NCBI GenBank assembly: GCA_951406725.2
Contig: OX597828.1
Span: forward strand, 72,664,001-72,728,000
Source of the DNA: Octopus vulgaris
Taxonomy: Eukaryota
Length of the DNA stretch: 64,000 nt
Reading direction: 5' to 3'
Shown here: piece by piece, positions 1 to 13,078 of the stretch
How the letters are laid out: each line of letters starts with the position of its first letter
Position numbering within the stretch: the stretch's first letter is position 1
The notes under the pieces: model-generated
Database searches by the model: none
Seen by the model: the letters and a program-made list of their open reading frames with translations, nothing else
Told to the model about the DNA's origin: nothing
Made by a program: the position numbers and the translations under genes

Positions 1-300
1 AATTTTAATATTTCTCGTTCCTCAATGGTGTTTTATTTCTAATAAAATGAAATTACAATAAATGAAATATATTTTAAGTAATAAGCTTCTTGGAGAAGGG
101 GATTAGCGAAGTGAACATATATTCTAAATATTAAAGGAAAAATGTAGAAACATCACCTATAAATCGATATTTCTTTTTGTATTAACAATGTTCATATTTG
201 TCAAAGTAATAGCAATTTATTTTAGTTTATGCAGCATTCCGGGTCAGGCACTCTGGCACGTAGATACATATTCATGTATACGTGTGTGCGAGTCTTTATA

Positions 301-1478
301 TTAGGTTGGATGCAAAGTCATGAGGCATTTTGAACAAGGAAAGCAAAAGACGTTTATTTGGCTGTAATGGACATATTTAATCAAGATAGTAATTTCCCTC
401 ATTTTTAATAGCATGATCTCATCCGGCTGATAAGTTGTTGATCCACCTAGCATAATAATCTTCACGTTTCGATGCAAAGAACGATTCAGTTTCTGTTTGT
501 ACCTCTTCTCGATTTGTTAAATGTTTTTCATTTAAAAAAAAAACAAAATTTTGCAATGATTTGAAAAGATAGTAATCCGATGAAGCAAGGTCGGGTGAAT
601 AAAGACAATAAAACAAAGCTTACATATTAAGCGTAAGAATTTTGTTCTGCGTAATTCGAACAAGATGTAGTCTTGCATTGTCATGAAGTCGCTTTTTCTA
701 CAAATTTTGATGCAGTAATTTCAGTTGGTGACAATACTGAGCGGCATTAATTGTCTCGCCAGAGTCCAACACTTCACGAGAGACGACATCTTTCATATCT
801 CACCAAATACAAAGTATATCTTTTTTCTGGGTGTAGTCCTGGTTTGGGTGTGGTTTACTCCTTTTCATTGGAGGATAAGCATTGTTGTTTCCTTTCGATA
901 TTATTGCAAAGCATCCACTTTTCATCATTGATGATTATTCTACTTCAAAAAGGGTCACTAGCAAGTCTGCTTTTTAATGAAGTGCAAACGGCAACTCTTT
1001 GATTTTAGACCCCTTTACGAGTTTGTGCAGTGACAGATATTGAACACTCTTGCCAGTTCTCATGTAGTTTGCTTGGGGTTTTCTTCCACTACATTCCGTA
1101 AAACTTTGAGATCGACAGAACTTGGTCAACCTGATCGAGGGGAATCACTGAGGGAAAAGGTTTCCTGACAGAAATTGTTTAAACCCTTGTTGGCATGTTC
1201 GGACAGTTGGAGCTTCATTTTTATAGGCAGAACCAATATTCCTCGCTGCATCTTTTGCTGAAGAACCCTTTTCGTATTCACACAGCATACAATGTCTTCA
1301 GGTGTGTCTGATCGGCACTTATTCTAGAGGGCTCAGATTTCAGAAACAATAAACAATTTAGAATCAAAGTCTTCTCAAAGAAACAAGAAAAACATTAGAA
1401 CAAACAATGACAAGTTTATGTTGCATTCTGTATTGACAAAAATGTCTAAAATGCTACAGGACTTTGCCTCCAACCTAA
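301..1478 (-). mobile_element. Degenerate mariner (Tc1/mariner) DNA transposon with TIRs and TA target-site duplication
   Basis: Left end TA|ttaggttggatgcaaagtcatgaggcatttt matches the reverse complement of the right end aaaatgctacaggactttgcctccaacctaa|TA. Minus-strand fragment YSPDLASSDYYLFKSLQN (ORF 419-616) is the mariner YSPDLAPSD motif. Confidence 0.9.
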
Positions 1479-2101
1479 TACGCGAGTATGTATTGCTATC
1501 ATGGAAGTTTGTAAGCACCGGCGAGAAAATGGTTAAATCGGTGTTCTTTGAACGAAATCCTTTATTATAATTATTTTGTACAAAGTTACGGGTATTTCCT
1601 TTTCCCGTAGACGCTAATATTCCCCACCGATGACGACTAACAGAAATATAATATAGATATGTTAAAAATGTAAATATATGCAGAAAATTAGATTAATAAT
1701 ATGATAAATGATAATTGCTGATAATTGCACGAAATAATATATGCATAAAGACGTACATATATGCATAAATAACAAAGTTATACAGAAAGGAACACTGCAC
1801 TAAAAGAACTGAAGCGGTAAAGGTTGACAATGTTCGCTAAGTATTATTTATGTCAATCACCCTTCATGTCCCTATACTAATAAAAGATAAAAAGGGTTGG
1901 ATATACATGCCTACATCCCAGTATCTTTATGTAACTTGGTGCGTTTACAATATTTGTCTGCAGCAAGAGATTTTCTCAATTACAAAATGCTGTGATTGGC
2001 TTTTTTTTACGGGTTCGGGTATGTCTCAAGCATATTTGAATAGGTAACAAGTATATTTCTACACACCGTTGTTCAGCGCGTCCAGTCCATATCGGCATAT
2101 T

Positions 2102-2163
<62 letters not shown>

Positions 2164-2169
2164 CATATG

Positions 2170-2370
2170 TGTGACCTCGTGAGTATCACTGGCGATTTTT
2201 TTCCTCTGTCTTCCCTTCTCGGGATCTTTCCTTCTCCTATGTTTCCGACGAAGAGCTCCGATCGAAACGTTAAACCCTCCTTCTTCCCTTCTTTCCTGAG
2301 CGTCCAATAATACTTTATTTGTTCCACGTTCTTGCGTTGTTGTGCTTTTTGTTTTCTTGTTTGGATTAAC
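2170..2370 (+). mobile_element. Penelope-like pLTR fragment with minimal hammerhead motif (2241-2275), between (TA)n tracts
   Basis: gttt-CCGACGA-a-GAGC tcc GATC-GAAA-CG-TT-aaac, followed by the ttcctgagcg...taatac...tttgtt tail also seen at 29050-29170, 31300-31440 and 61190-61300. Confidence 0.65.
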
Positions 2371-2394
2371 TATATATATATATATATATACATA

Positions 2395-3012
2395 CGGGGT
2401 CGAATAAAAAAGTATCGGGACTGTTGCTATGGTAACGGAGCTAAACCACGCAGAGTGAAGCCCTTTGGCACAGATTGACCTTCAGCTCTGTCGTGCAGGT
2501 AGACTAAGTTATAACGGGCTCACTCATTTCCGTTGTTTTTAGAAGTACTTGGCGGGACAGGAAGTAAAGTGTGTTGAGTGTGGTCGTTTTAACACACCAC
2601 GGAGGTTCTATCAGTGGCCATGGCAGGGAAATATGTGGGTGCGTGCGCGCTCGCGTGTATGTGTGTATTTGTGTGCGTGTGTGAGAGACAGAGAGAGAAA
2701 GAGAGGGAGAGAGAGAGAGCGCGTGCGTGGAAGGAGACGCATCATGAAGGATATTACAGCCAAGAATCTTTCCAAATCAAATCCAACTTGAAAGGAACAC
2801 GATTCTAAGACATGGCAAAAATTCAAGAGAATGCGATGAGGCAGCTGCTCAAAGAAGGAGTTGCAGGAATGCTTCAGTCAATAGAAACGACGCTGGATAA
2901 AGTGTGCGGCTTCAGAAGGGGTCAATTTCGAAGGGGATTAAATGAAGAATTGATATGTGCCGTAGTTTACTTTTTATAGCAGCAGTCCCGATTCATTTTT
3001 GACGAGATCTCA
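2395..3012 (+). mobile_element. Internally deleted mariner derivative
   Basis: Imperfect TIRs (aaaaagtatcgggactgttgctat / atagcagcagtcccgattcatttttg) with TA flanks. 2775-2940 encodes a decayed transposase C-terminus (IKSNLKGTRF...KRRWIKCAASEGVNFEGD*). Confidence 0.75.
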
Positions 3013-3149
3013 TAGGAATGAATGCATTAGGAGCGAGAAGACCGACATATCTTGAAGTTTAATCACAGCTGCACAAGTAACTAAAGCAATTCGTAAAAGT
3101 ATGGTAAGTCATCCTCAGTTCTGGGCCACGGTAGTAACCGTCATACATA

Positions 3150-4377
3150 CGAGGGGCGTTCAATAAGTAATGCCCCTGACCACTTCCCATAGCAGTAGAG
3201 CAATGAAACTTGGAACAGTTATTAGTCTTTTTCTACATAGGAACCACACAGAGTTACGCATTTCTCCCATCGTTTGATGTAGCTCTAAAGACCGTTTTTG
3301 TAGAAGACCCCAGCTTGGTCCTCCAACCACGACGTGACTTCAGAAATCAAGGCTGCATCATCTGGGAAACGCTTCCCTTTCAAAAACAACTTCATGGCTG
3401 GGAAGAGGTGAAAATCAGAGGGTGCAAGGTCAGGAGAGTAGGGGGGTGGGGGAGGAGTTCATAGCCGCACGCCTGTGCTTCTGATCTGGCGACACGCGAG
3501 TTGTGGATCGGAGTGTTGTCCTGCAGGAGGAGGATGCCTTTGCTGATCTTGCCTCGCCTCTTGATTTTGATAGCATCTCTTAATTTCCTCAAAAGTGAAG
3601 CATAATAGACTCCTGTAATTGTGGCACCCTTTGCCAGGAAATCTGTCTTCACTACTCCGTCCTGATCCCGGAAGACTGTGAGCATGACCTTGCCAGCGGA
3701 GGGCTGCACCCTTGCCTTCTTTGGAGGAGGTGAATCACGGTGCTTCCACTGCATTGACTGGGCTTTGGTCTCTGGATCATCGTGATGGACCCAGGTTTCA
3801 TCCTGTGTAATCAGTCTTTTGAAAAATTTTGACTCATCTTCTTGGCACATCTCCAAATTCATCCTCGAGCACTCGACGCGTTCTTGCTTCTGGAAAGGTG
3901 TGAGCAACCTGGGAATCCATCTGGCAGACACCTTTTGCATATGCAAATGGTCATGAATGATAGTTTCCACAGACCCGGTACTAATCTTGACCTCATGGGC
4001 TATTTGGCGAATAGTTATGCGTCGATCTTCCAAAATGGCAGCCTCAACTTGACAGACAGATGCCTCATCAATGGCAGAAGGGGCGACCAGATCTGGGAGC
4101 TGTTTCCACAGAGTTCCGACCATGTTTGAATTCACGATGCCAGCGTTTTACAAGGTCATATGATGGGGCATCATCACCATAAGGTACTTTCATTTCATCA
4201 AAAGTCTCCCGTGGTGTGCGTCCTTTCAAATACAAAAACCAGATCACTGCTCGACACTCAACAGGCTCCATTTCACACTTGACTCAGTTCAAACACCTGT
4301 AAATCGGAAACCACAAATTTCAGCTAGATCAAACAACTGCAAGTGGGTCAGGGGCATTACTTATTGAACGCCCCTCG
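3150..4377 (-). mobile_element. Near full-length mariner transposon (about 1.23 kb) with perfect 32-bp TIRs and TA TSD
   Basis: TA|cgaggggcgttcaataagtaatgcccctgacc ... ggtcaggggcattacttattgaacgcccctcg|TA. Confidence 0.97.
3222..4271 (-). pseudogene. Mariner DD34D-type transposase, frameshifted
   Basis: ORF 4068-4271 (HTH, MEPVECRAVIWFLYLKG...RSGRP) and ORF 3392-4135 (WIPRLL, DETW, QDN) are in different frames. A second frameshift near 3440 precedes YSPDLAPSDF. Stop codon at 3222. Confidence 0.93.
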
Positions 4378-4428
4378 TATATATATATATAATCCGAATT
4401 TTATAGTATTAAGTATCCATCACAGCTG

Positions 4429-4508
4429 GTCTTACCAATAGGTTTCGCGCAAAAATACAACGGAGTGTTAGGTAACACTTTAGTTATATAATTACGCTCA
4501 TCAGAGTT
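4429..4508 (-). ncRNA. Hammerhead ribozyme motif (type I, long stem II insertion), probable Penelope-like pLTR
   Basis: Minus strand reads ct-CTGATGA-GCG[about 45 nt]CGC-GAAA-CC tatt GG-TA-ag. The core is canonical; stem I is only 2 bp. Adjacent to (TA)n at 4378. Confidence 0.6.
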
Positions 4509-5286
4509 AGCCGATATGGAATGGGATATGGCAACTGCTCTCTATTGTCGAAGTTGGATTAGCATAACCGGTCACCGGCTGCTGCGAGAGTGGTGAAACA
4601 AAAAAAAAATAGGGCGAGGGATTTGGCTAGAAGTTGTGCCCCTTGGTTAGTTACGTTGTGAAGTCGGCAAGTTTTATCTTGAAGTGGGGAAAGTGTATAT
4701 TAAGAATGTGGTGTCCCTGCGGGATATTCATGTATGTTTACGCGAACGCGCGTGTATTTGTGTGGTTATTTTATTAATATAATAAATATTGGTGAGAAAA
4801 TTGAAACTCAGTGCACTTCGGGCAAGAACCCTTGCAATATTTGTTTTGCAGCAGACTATATGCACTCCCTTTCCATTCCGGTCTTTAGCAATTCAGCGAT
4901 CCAGTGAATAGCACATCAGAGATCATGAACAAATGGCGCTATTTTCTCCTATTTGCAACACAAAACAAATAAAAAGAACACAGACGGTACATCAATAACA
5001 GCTTAAATATTTTAGTGTTGATATAAGCATCTAATGATCTTTAGATCGATCTAAGAAATGATTGATATTCGAAAACCGATAACAGCCCCCCACCTGAAAC
5101 AGTAAACTGCATTTGTATTAGTTTTGTTTCATTTTTGTGTGATTTGAATTTTTTTACTATTTTCATTTTTTGAGATTGTTGAGAAAAATCTTTCAGATTT
5201 TGTACGTAGGGGGGGGGGAGTTGGAGTTGTATCAGCGATAGTATTGATAGAGAGGCAAGGGAGGAAAGGTATCCAGTTAATAAAAC

Positions 5287-5332
<46 letters not shown>

Positions 5333-5518
5333 ACGTGCGCGCGCTTCAATATATGTATATATATATATATATATGAGCACATCCCTCACATCTCTATGTA
5401 TGTGCATACACACATATATCCATATGCACAATGCACATACACACCATTATATAGACATAATGCATACATGCATAGATACGTATATTCATATCTATATATC
5501 TGTCTGTCTGTCTCTTTG

Positions 5519-5589
<71 letters not shown>

Positions 5590-5724
5590 GTCTGTATGTC
5601 TGTCTGTCTATCAATCTATCCATCTATCTATCTGTCTGTCTGTCTGTCTGTCTATCAATCTATATGTCTATTTATATATCTATCTGCATACATACATACA
5701 TAGAAATAGGGAAGGTATTTGTGT

Positions 5725-6700
5725 TGACCTTTCAGTCTCGTCCACCGTACAGCCTGTTTTACCTGTGCCACCAAACAGATAAACACTACCTGCTCTTTCC
5801 GGCCAAGTCATGACGGCAGGACAACCCTCAGCTATCAGTCTGGTCCATCCCACATGTGATAGTCGGTGTTCCGCATAACTCCACAAGTCAGTGATGCTCG
5901 GGCGCTCGACGAATGCGTTCAGAATGCTTTCGTTGCTTTGCTGGCATCTGGGCCAGGCCCGGCACTCGACACTTCCGTGTCAGTACAGTTTATCTTCGAA
6001 CTAGCAATGCTTCCTTTCGGGCCAATCATTCCCAAAAATTATCCATGGGACCAGCCCTGAAAGGTCTCAGGAAAAGAGAATTTCGTTCATCTTTTATCGA
6101 TGTCCTGAATTTCTCCAAGAACGTCTCCGCTTGTCTTCACTACTAACTCTATATTGAACTCTACCAACCGTGTTGTTCGACTGGAGCGTGTTGTCTGACT
6201 GGCACGTGATGTCCGACTGGAGTGCGACTGGAGTCCGACTGGAGAGGAGCGTGAGTACTTAACGACATTCCAGATTGCAAGTGCTCACTCGCGGTCTTTG
6301 CATGACAGCACAGCAGCTCTGTCCGGTGGACGGGCTGGGAAAGAAATGGGTCCGACACATACAGTATCACATCTGTTTACCGGCAACGAATGTCATATGC
6401 CCAGTCCTGTTCCTCAGCGGATTTCTACTGCAGATGAAGCACCTGATCAGTGGGACATGTCCCTCCAACAAAGAGTAGAAGAGCAGACGCTCCAGTTCAG
6501 AAAAGAGGACAGGAGAACAGACCGGGCTCACTATACTCAATTGTTGGGATTAGGTGACCATTCGACATAAGCACATAAAGCAGGTCGATGGCGACCCAGC
6601 CCGAGAAGACCGGCAAGAAGGCGCTGCTTTGAGGTATCAGGGGTCAACATTTTCGATAGACTTCGATGGAAGTTGATCAGGGATCCATCCGTGCAAACTC
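5725..6700 (-). mobile_element. Decayed L1/Tx1-clade LINE ORF2 C-terminal region
   Basis: Minus-strand translation gives LERLLFYSLLEGHVPLIRCFIC (post-RT segment) and RAWPRCQQSNESILNAFVERPSITDLWSYAE, a degenerate zf-RVT-like CxxC...H...C..W motif. Many stops and frameshifts. Confidence 0.6.
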
Positions 6701-7159
6701 ACCCTTTCTATGATGTATGACATGCGAGGGGGGGGGGGTCGTTGTCATAAACATTTTTTTTTCTGGATGGTGCATGTTTCAGTTAGAATGGATGCTTTGC
6801 CTTCTGAGTTCAAATCCCACCATGACACCCCAAAAAACGGTGACATTTCTGTCAACAGTTGCGACCAGCAGATAGTATCAGCAATATGGAAAATCAATGG
6901 AGACACGCTTTCCTTGGTTCGATCAATAAAAACAAAACAAAACAAGAAACTGTATACAACGACCACCATTATTGGATACACATACACACGTTCGTACATA
7001 CATACATAAATACATATATGGCTATGAATACGGATATGTATATGTGCGTGTGTGTTAGTGTTAGTGAGTGTGTTTGTGTTTACGTGTATATAAATGTGTC
7101 TATACATAATTTTTCTGAATCTTCATATACATACAGATATATATATATATATATAGATA

Positions 7160-7455
7160 TATTTCTTTACTACCCACAAGGGGCTAAATACAGAGGGGAC
7201 AAGCAAGGACAGACAAACGGATTAAGTCGATTACATCGACCCCAGTGCGTAACTGGTACTTTATTTATCGACCCCGAAAGGATGAAAGGCAAAGTCTACC
7301 TCGGCGGTATTTGAACTCAAAACGTAACGGCAGACGAAATACCTATTTCTTTATTTCCCACAAGGGGCTAAACACAGAGAGGACAAACAAGGACAGACAT
7401 AGGTATTAAGTCGATTACATCGCCCTCAGTGCGTAACTGGTACTTAATTTATCCA
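7160..7455 (-). mobile_element. Tandem dimer of tRNA-derived SINE with Nin-like central domain
   Basis: Two units starting tatttcttta..cccacaagggg at 7160 and 7344. Contains atcgaccccgaaaggatgaaaggcaaagtc, shared with many copies in the window. Confidence 0.8.
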
Positions 7456-7819
7456 CCCCTTAATTTATCCACCCACTCAATTTATATATATATATATATA
7501 TATAATATGTATGTGTGTGTGTGTGTAGATATATACTTTGGGATTGAAAAGCTCACAGTTGTTATTCAATATCTTACCAAACTACTCGAGACATAATCAT
7601 AAAGTTGGGGTGGATCTTTTCAGAAAGCGGGGGGGGGGAGGGCATCTTGTGTCTAAGATTCCTTTATCACGGTCAGAGACTGAAATGAGGGCACTGATAT
7701 CAAATACGTTCCTTCACCGAAGCGCCAATCACAAGAGAATGGCTATTGGAAATGTGATGACATTGTTGCTCCAGAATGGCCACTACCTTTAGGCACAAAA
7801 AATGAATAAAAAACATGTC

Positions 7820-8015
7820 TTTTATTCTTTTACTTGTTTCTGTCATTTCACTGCAGCCATGCTGGAGCACCGCCCAGGATTTATTCTTTGTAAGCCTAGC
7901 ATTTATTGTATTGGTTTCTTTTGCTGAAGCCCTACGTTATAGGGACGTAAACAAACCAGCACCGGTTGTCATGCGATATTGAGGGATAAAAACAAACACA
8001 AAGACAGACACACAC

Positions 8016-8058
<43 letters not shown>

Positions 8059-8210
8059 ACATGCTTCTTCCAGTTTCCACCAACCAACTGCACTCGAAAG
8101 GCTTTGGTCAGCCGAAGGTTACAATAGAAGACACTTGCTCAAGTTTCACGCAGTGTAACTGAACCTGAAACCATGTGGTTAGGAAGTCAAGCTTCTTAAC
8201 CCACAGCCAT
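7820..8210 (-). mobile_element. tRNA-derived SINE with internal (TA)/(CA) microsatellite (octopus OK-like family)
   Basis: Head ggctgtgggttaagaagcttg...catggtttcaggttcag on the minus strand and 3' motif gcggtgctccagcatggc...gaaacaagtaaaagaataaaaga. Same family at 8320-8650, 10855-11250, 14690-14880, 32420-32670, 40718-40862, 50965-51120 and 54335-54746. Confidence 0.8.
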
Positions 8211-8239
8211 ATTTATATATGAATGTTACTGAATACACG

Positions 8240-8270
<31 letters not shown>

Positions 8271-8319
8271 ATATATGTATGTATATGTATATGTATATAT
8301 ATATATGTATGTCATTTAC

Positions 8320-8650
8320 TGTAGCCTCGGGCCGACTAGAGGCTTTTGAGTGGAGCAGACGGAGACTGCAATACACGTGTCGTATATATTTGTATATATA
8401 CATGTGTGTGTGTGTGTGTGTATGTGTGTGTGTGTGTGTGTGTCTGTGTGTGTGTGCCTGTGTGCATGTGTTATTGACCAAAGTTGGTTTGTTTAGGTCC
8501 CCGTAACTTACCAGTTCAGCAAATCAGACAGATAGAATAAGTACTAGGCTTACAACGAATAGGTCCTGGGTTCGAATTCGTTCGATTTAAGGGCACTGCT
8601 CCAGCATGGCCGCAGTAAAATGTCTGAAACAAGTAAAAGAATATAAGAAT
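8320..8650 (+). mobile_element. OK-like SINE, 5' truncated
   Basis: gtagcctcgggccgac...ccccgtaactta...gatagaataagtactaggcttac...gctccagcatggccgcagt...gaaacaagtaaaaga. Confidence 0.75.
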
Positions 8651-8654
8651 AAAT

Positions 8655-8688
<34 letters not shown>

Positions 8689-9139
8689 ATTTACACACGT
8701 CTCAGCCTGCAACTACTATTGCTACTAGTGTTACTATTACATATTTCCATGTTTAAATTGGAACTGCTGGCACCGAACTCTGCTGTGCTGCAGACATAAT
8801 TCACGTTCTGTGATTTTTATAGCTTCCACCTTTGACCTTCTGCCTCTGACCTCACCTGTTTTGGCAACTATCAAAGAAAACAAAAAAAAAACAAAAACAA
8901 AAACAAAAAAGAAGAAATCACAGCAAAGAAAGAAGAGCGAAACGAAGCGAAAGATCTCTTTCCGCCATTGACGAGCGACAGAGACGGTTCTGCCGGGGAT
9001 GGAGATCGTTCTCGGGCTGTGGTAATAGTGACATAAAAACGTCAACAGCACCCCCCACCAGCCGCCGCCGCCGCTGCCGCCTGCCGCCGCCGCCGCCGCC
9101 TGCCTGTCGTTGTTTGTCACCGCTACAATAACGGGAACA

Positions 9140-9518
9140 ACAGCAGCAGCAGTAGCAGCAGCAGTAGCAGCCGCAGTAGCAGCAGTATGTATGAATTACA
9201 ATAATTAGAACATTAGAACAACATCAGGTAAAAGTGAAGAACAAAGAGAGAGAGAGAGAGAGCGAGAGCAGCAGCGGCAGCAGCAGCAGCAGCAGCAGCA
9301 GCAAAGTTGGAACCAGTAAGCAGCAGCAACAGCAGCAGTAGTAACAGCATCAGCTACTGTCTGTGACGGTAACAGCATCTGCAGCAACAGCAGCAGCAGC
9401 AGCAGCAGTAGTAACGTTATCACATCAATAGAAAAGAGGTAACAGGTAGAAAAAAACATCGTCTCCATTACCATCATCATCACCATCGTCATCATCATTA
9501 TCATCATCAACACCATCG

Positions 9519-9565
<47 letters not shown>

Positions 9566-9600
9566 GTCGTCGTCACCATCACCACCATCATCATCATCGT
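9140..9600. repeat. Compound (CAG)n / (GA)n / (ATC)n microsatellites
   Basis: Direct inspection. Confidence 0.95.
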
Positions 9601-9744
9601 CAGACGGTTGTAGGAGGCTGTAGAAACAGACAGCGCGGCTTAGTATAGAATTTGTCGATCGATAATGTATATATATATATATATATATATTTATACACAC
9701 ACACACACACTTACAAACATACGTACGTACGTCTGTGTGTTGGA

Positions 9745-9777
<33 letters not shown>

Positions 9778-9857
9778 GATGCGTGTGTTTGTGTATAAAT
9801 ACATGTGCATATGCCCACACACACGCGCCTCCCACCCACATATGTACATACATACAT

Positions 9858-10168
<311 letters not shown>

Positions 10169-10293
10169 CTCGTAAGATCCGACTGGAATAAATCTCGGTA
10201 TTTTGTTCTCCGCCACCGTCATCACTACCATCTAACATCATTGCACTATTAGTGCCACTACCCGCTGCACAGCAGCAGCAGCCAAACTATCAA

Positions 10294-10630
10294 CTCCACC
10301 ACCACCACCACCACCACCACCACACTACCATCATTACCATATTTCCTACCATTATCTACTTCCAGTTCTACCAATATGCAACACTAGTACCACAACCACC
10401 ACCACCACCACTTTACACCTAAAGCTCTACCTGCAACTCTCAATCGCACCACCATTGCCGCTGCCATCAGCTAATTTAATTCCCATCTGTTATCTACCAC
10501 TGTCACCACCACCACCACCACCACCACCACCACCACCACCACCACCACCACCACCACCACCACCACCACCTCCACCACCACCACCCGCCACTACCACCCA
10601 CCACCATCACCCCACCCCCAACACCGCCAC
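10294..10630. repeat. (CCA)n-rich low-complexity tract
   Basis: Direct inspection; gives rise to the poly-Pro ORF artefact. Confidence 0.9.
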
Positions 10631-10854
10631 CACTCACTTTAAACTTCAAAACTAGCTATTTATCCGCCATCATCTTCTTCCCACCATCCATTACTCACGA
10701 CCACCATTCCACCATCACCGACACTCCACCACTACTCCATCACCTTCAATCATTCTCCAGCAATGGACAGGTCAGAATTTCGTCCATAAAAATCGTCTGT
10801 AGGGCCTCCGACGGTCAATTCCCACTGTACATCTACATGTGTATGCCGTTTACC

Positions 10855-11250
10855 TCTTGATTTGTTTCAATCATTCGACTGCGCCAATGCTGGAGCACTG
10901 TCTCCAAGGGTTTTACTCGAACAAAATCGACACCAAACTTATTTTTAAAGCCCAGTACTTATTCCATCGATCCATTTCGCAGAACCACTGACACCGGTTT
11001 CAAGTGGTTGTTGGATAGGCACAAGGACAAACACACACAGACAGACACACACACAACACACACACACACACATACCCACACACACAACGAGCTCCTTTCA
11101 TTTCCCATCTACCAAATCCCCCCAGGAGGCTTTGGTCAACCTAGGGCTGTAGCAGACGACAGCTGCCCAAGACAGCACGCAGTAAGACAGTCCTTGAACT
11201 CCCGTGCTTAGGAAGGGAAATTTTCTACCACACAACAATGCCAGCACCTA
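10855..11250 (-). mobile_element. Diverged OK-like SINE
   Basis: tgtttcaatcattcgactgcgccaatgctggagcac...ctttggtcaacctagggctgtagcagac; similar to the copy at 7820-8210. Confidence 0.7.
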
Positions 11251-11630
11251 AGAGGAAAGCTGAGCAAGACGTTTTCAGGAGAGCTGAGATGATGCATGCA
11301 AGCCTCTTCTTCACAGCAACTTTAGTGTTTCTCCAAAGAAAAGGCCGTTGCCGCCTTGGACCAGAATAACTTGTTGGCGTCGGGGGACAAACGGGTGGAC
11401 CAAATACCACAAATACCACCCTTTAAGTTCTGCAAATCCATCGGCTTTGATTGGAACAGTTATATCAACCATCATAGCATAAAAAAGTAAAGTTGATTCC
11501 GGCTGGATTTGAACTCAGACATAAGGAGTTGGATCAAGAACTGCGAGGTATTCTATTCAACACTTTGCCAATTCACTACCTTAAATACACATAATCACGT
11601 GATAACACATAGGCAGCACGCCCCAATATC

Positions 11631-12008
11631 TATTTCTTTATTACCCACAAGGAGCTAAACACAGAGGGGACAAACAAGGACAGACAAAGGGATTAAGTCG
11701 AATACATTGACCCCAGTGCGTAACTGGTACTTATTTAATCTATTTGAACTCAGAACGTAGCGTCAGACGAAATACCTATTTCTTTACTACCCACAAAGGT
11801 CTACATACAGAGGGGACAAACAAGGATAAACAAACGGATTAAGTCGATTACATCGACGCCTGTGCGTAACTGGTACTTATTTAATCTATCCATAAAAGAT
11901 GAAAGGCAAAGTCGACCTCGGCGGAATTTGAACTCAGAACGTAACGGCAGACGAAATACCACTGAGCATTTGGCCCGGCGTGCTAACGATTCTGCCAGCT
12001 CGCCGCCC
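11631..12008 (-). mobile_element. tRNA-derived SINE dimer with Nin-like domain and 15-bp TSD
   Basis: Full head ggcggcgagctggcagaatcgttagcacgccggg on the minus strand; internal junction at 11776/11777. Flanking direct repeats agcacgccccaatat (11615-11629) and agcacgccctaatat (12010-12024). Confidence 0.88.
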
Positions 12009-12329
12009 TAGCACGCCCTAATATTAACGTAGCAACGGTATATTTATAAACTATAGTAAATATAGTGGCGGACATCTTTTCCAGAATTTCCAGATATTCA
12101 AGAGTACGGTGCAATATCGTACTTTAATCCTCTTTTGAATAATCTGACCATGTTTTTGAAGTTCGTTAATTTTCCCAGAGTGTTAAAAATAGTTTTGTAC
12201 TTTACTCTCCAAGGTGGACTGGTAACGATCAAACATACTCCGCCTGTATCTGTTAAATCAAAACCACGTTCTTTACTTGTCTTTGTTTGATGTTCATCTT
12301 TTAAACATTGTACTGTACTCATGGTGCCG

Positions 12330-12445
12330 TGTGAAGGTGCATGGCTCAGTGGTTAGAGCGTCAAGCTCACAATCATGAGGTAGTGAGTTCGATTCCTGGA
12401 CCGGGCTGTGTGTTGTTTTCTTGAGCAAGACACTTTATTTCATGT
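12330..12445 (+). mobile_element. tRNA-derived SINE head (second family, OR-like)
   Basis: A box tggctcagtggttagagcg and B box gagttcgattcct, then tgtgttgttttcttgagcaagacactttatttc. Related copies at 28590-28800, 48705-48990 and 55040-55750. Confidence 0.7.
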
Positions 12446-12750
12446 TCCTAAAGTATAAAAGACCTATAATAGGCCGAGTGAAATGAGTATTCCTCCAAAA
12501 GGTTTGTTCTCTATAAGTCTGATACATAACTGCTGAACGTTTTCAGGAGTTTTGTTCATGGCAAGAGAGGCGCCACAACCGAAACGGTTACCATCATCAG
12601 TTTTGTAATCATCCCAATTTCTTTCAAGAGCCTCAAATTTACATTTCCTTTGATCTGCATCAGTCAAGCTTAACCCGTCATTTTTTATAATAATTGCTGT
12701 GTTGTTTAGAGACTGTATCAAGAAAGTCGCACATTAAATGACTCTTTGCA

Positions 12751-12796
<46 letters not shown>

Positions 12797-12879
12797 GGTT
12801 ACCGTGGTATTTTCCGTAGGCTTTTCTTTCCACGGGTAAACCTCACCTGTCCTCCCCTTTACACTTTATATTGACATTT

Positions 12880-13077
12880 CTGTGATAACGATCCCTATTG
12901 ATCGATTTTTTTCCTTTTCCTTTTATTTTCTATCCCAGCCCATTTTTTTGTCCTCTTTCTTTCCTTTTACGATCCCTTTTGATCGAAAACCAAACCCCCT
13001 TTCTTTACCCCCAAAAGAAAAGCTCTACCTTGTAAGTTGTCCTGTGTGTGCAGCCCTGTGTGGCTAATAAAGAAACA

Positions 13078-13078
<1 letters not shown>
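12880..13078 (+). mobile_element. 3' UTR-like end of a non-LTR element terminating in (TATC)n
   Basis: aaaccaaacccc...gaaaagctctaccttgtaa...gcagccctgtgtggctAATAAAgaaaca, then (TATC)n. Near-identical copy at 50350-50443 with the same end. Confidence 0.6.

Noticed and set aside
3842-4129. 95-aa plus-strand ORF
   Set aside because: Antisense to the mariner transposase.
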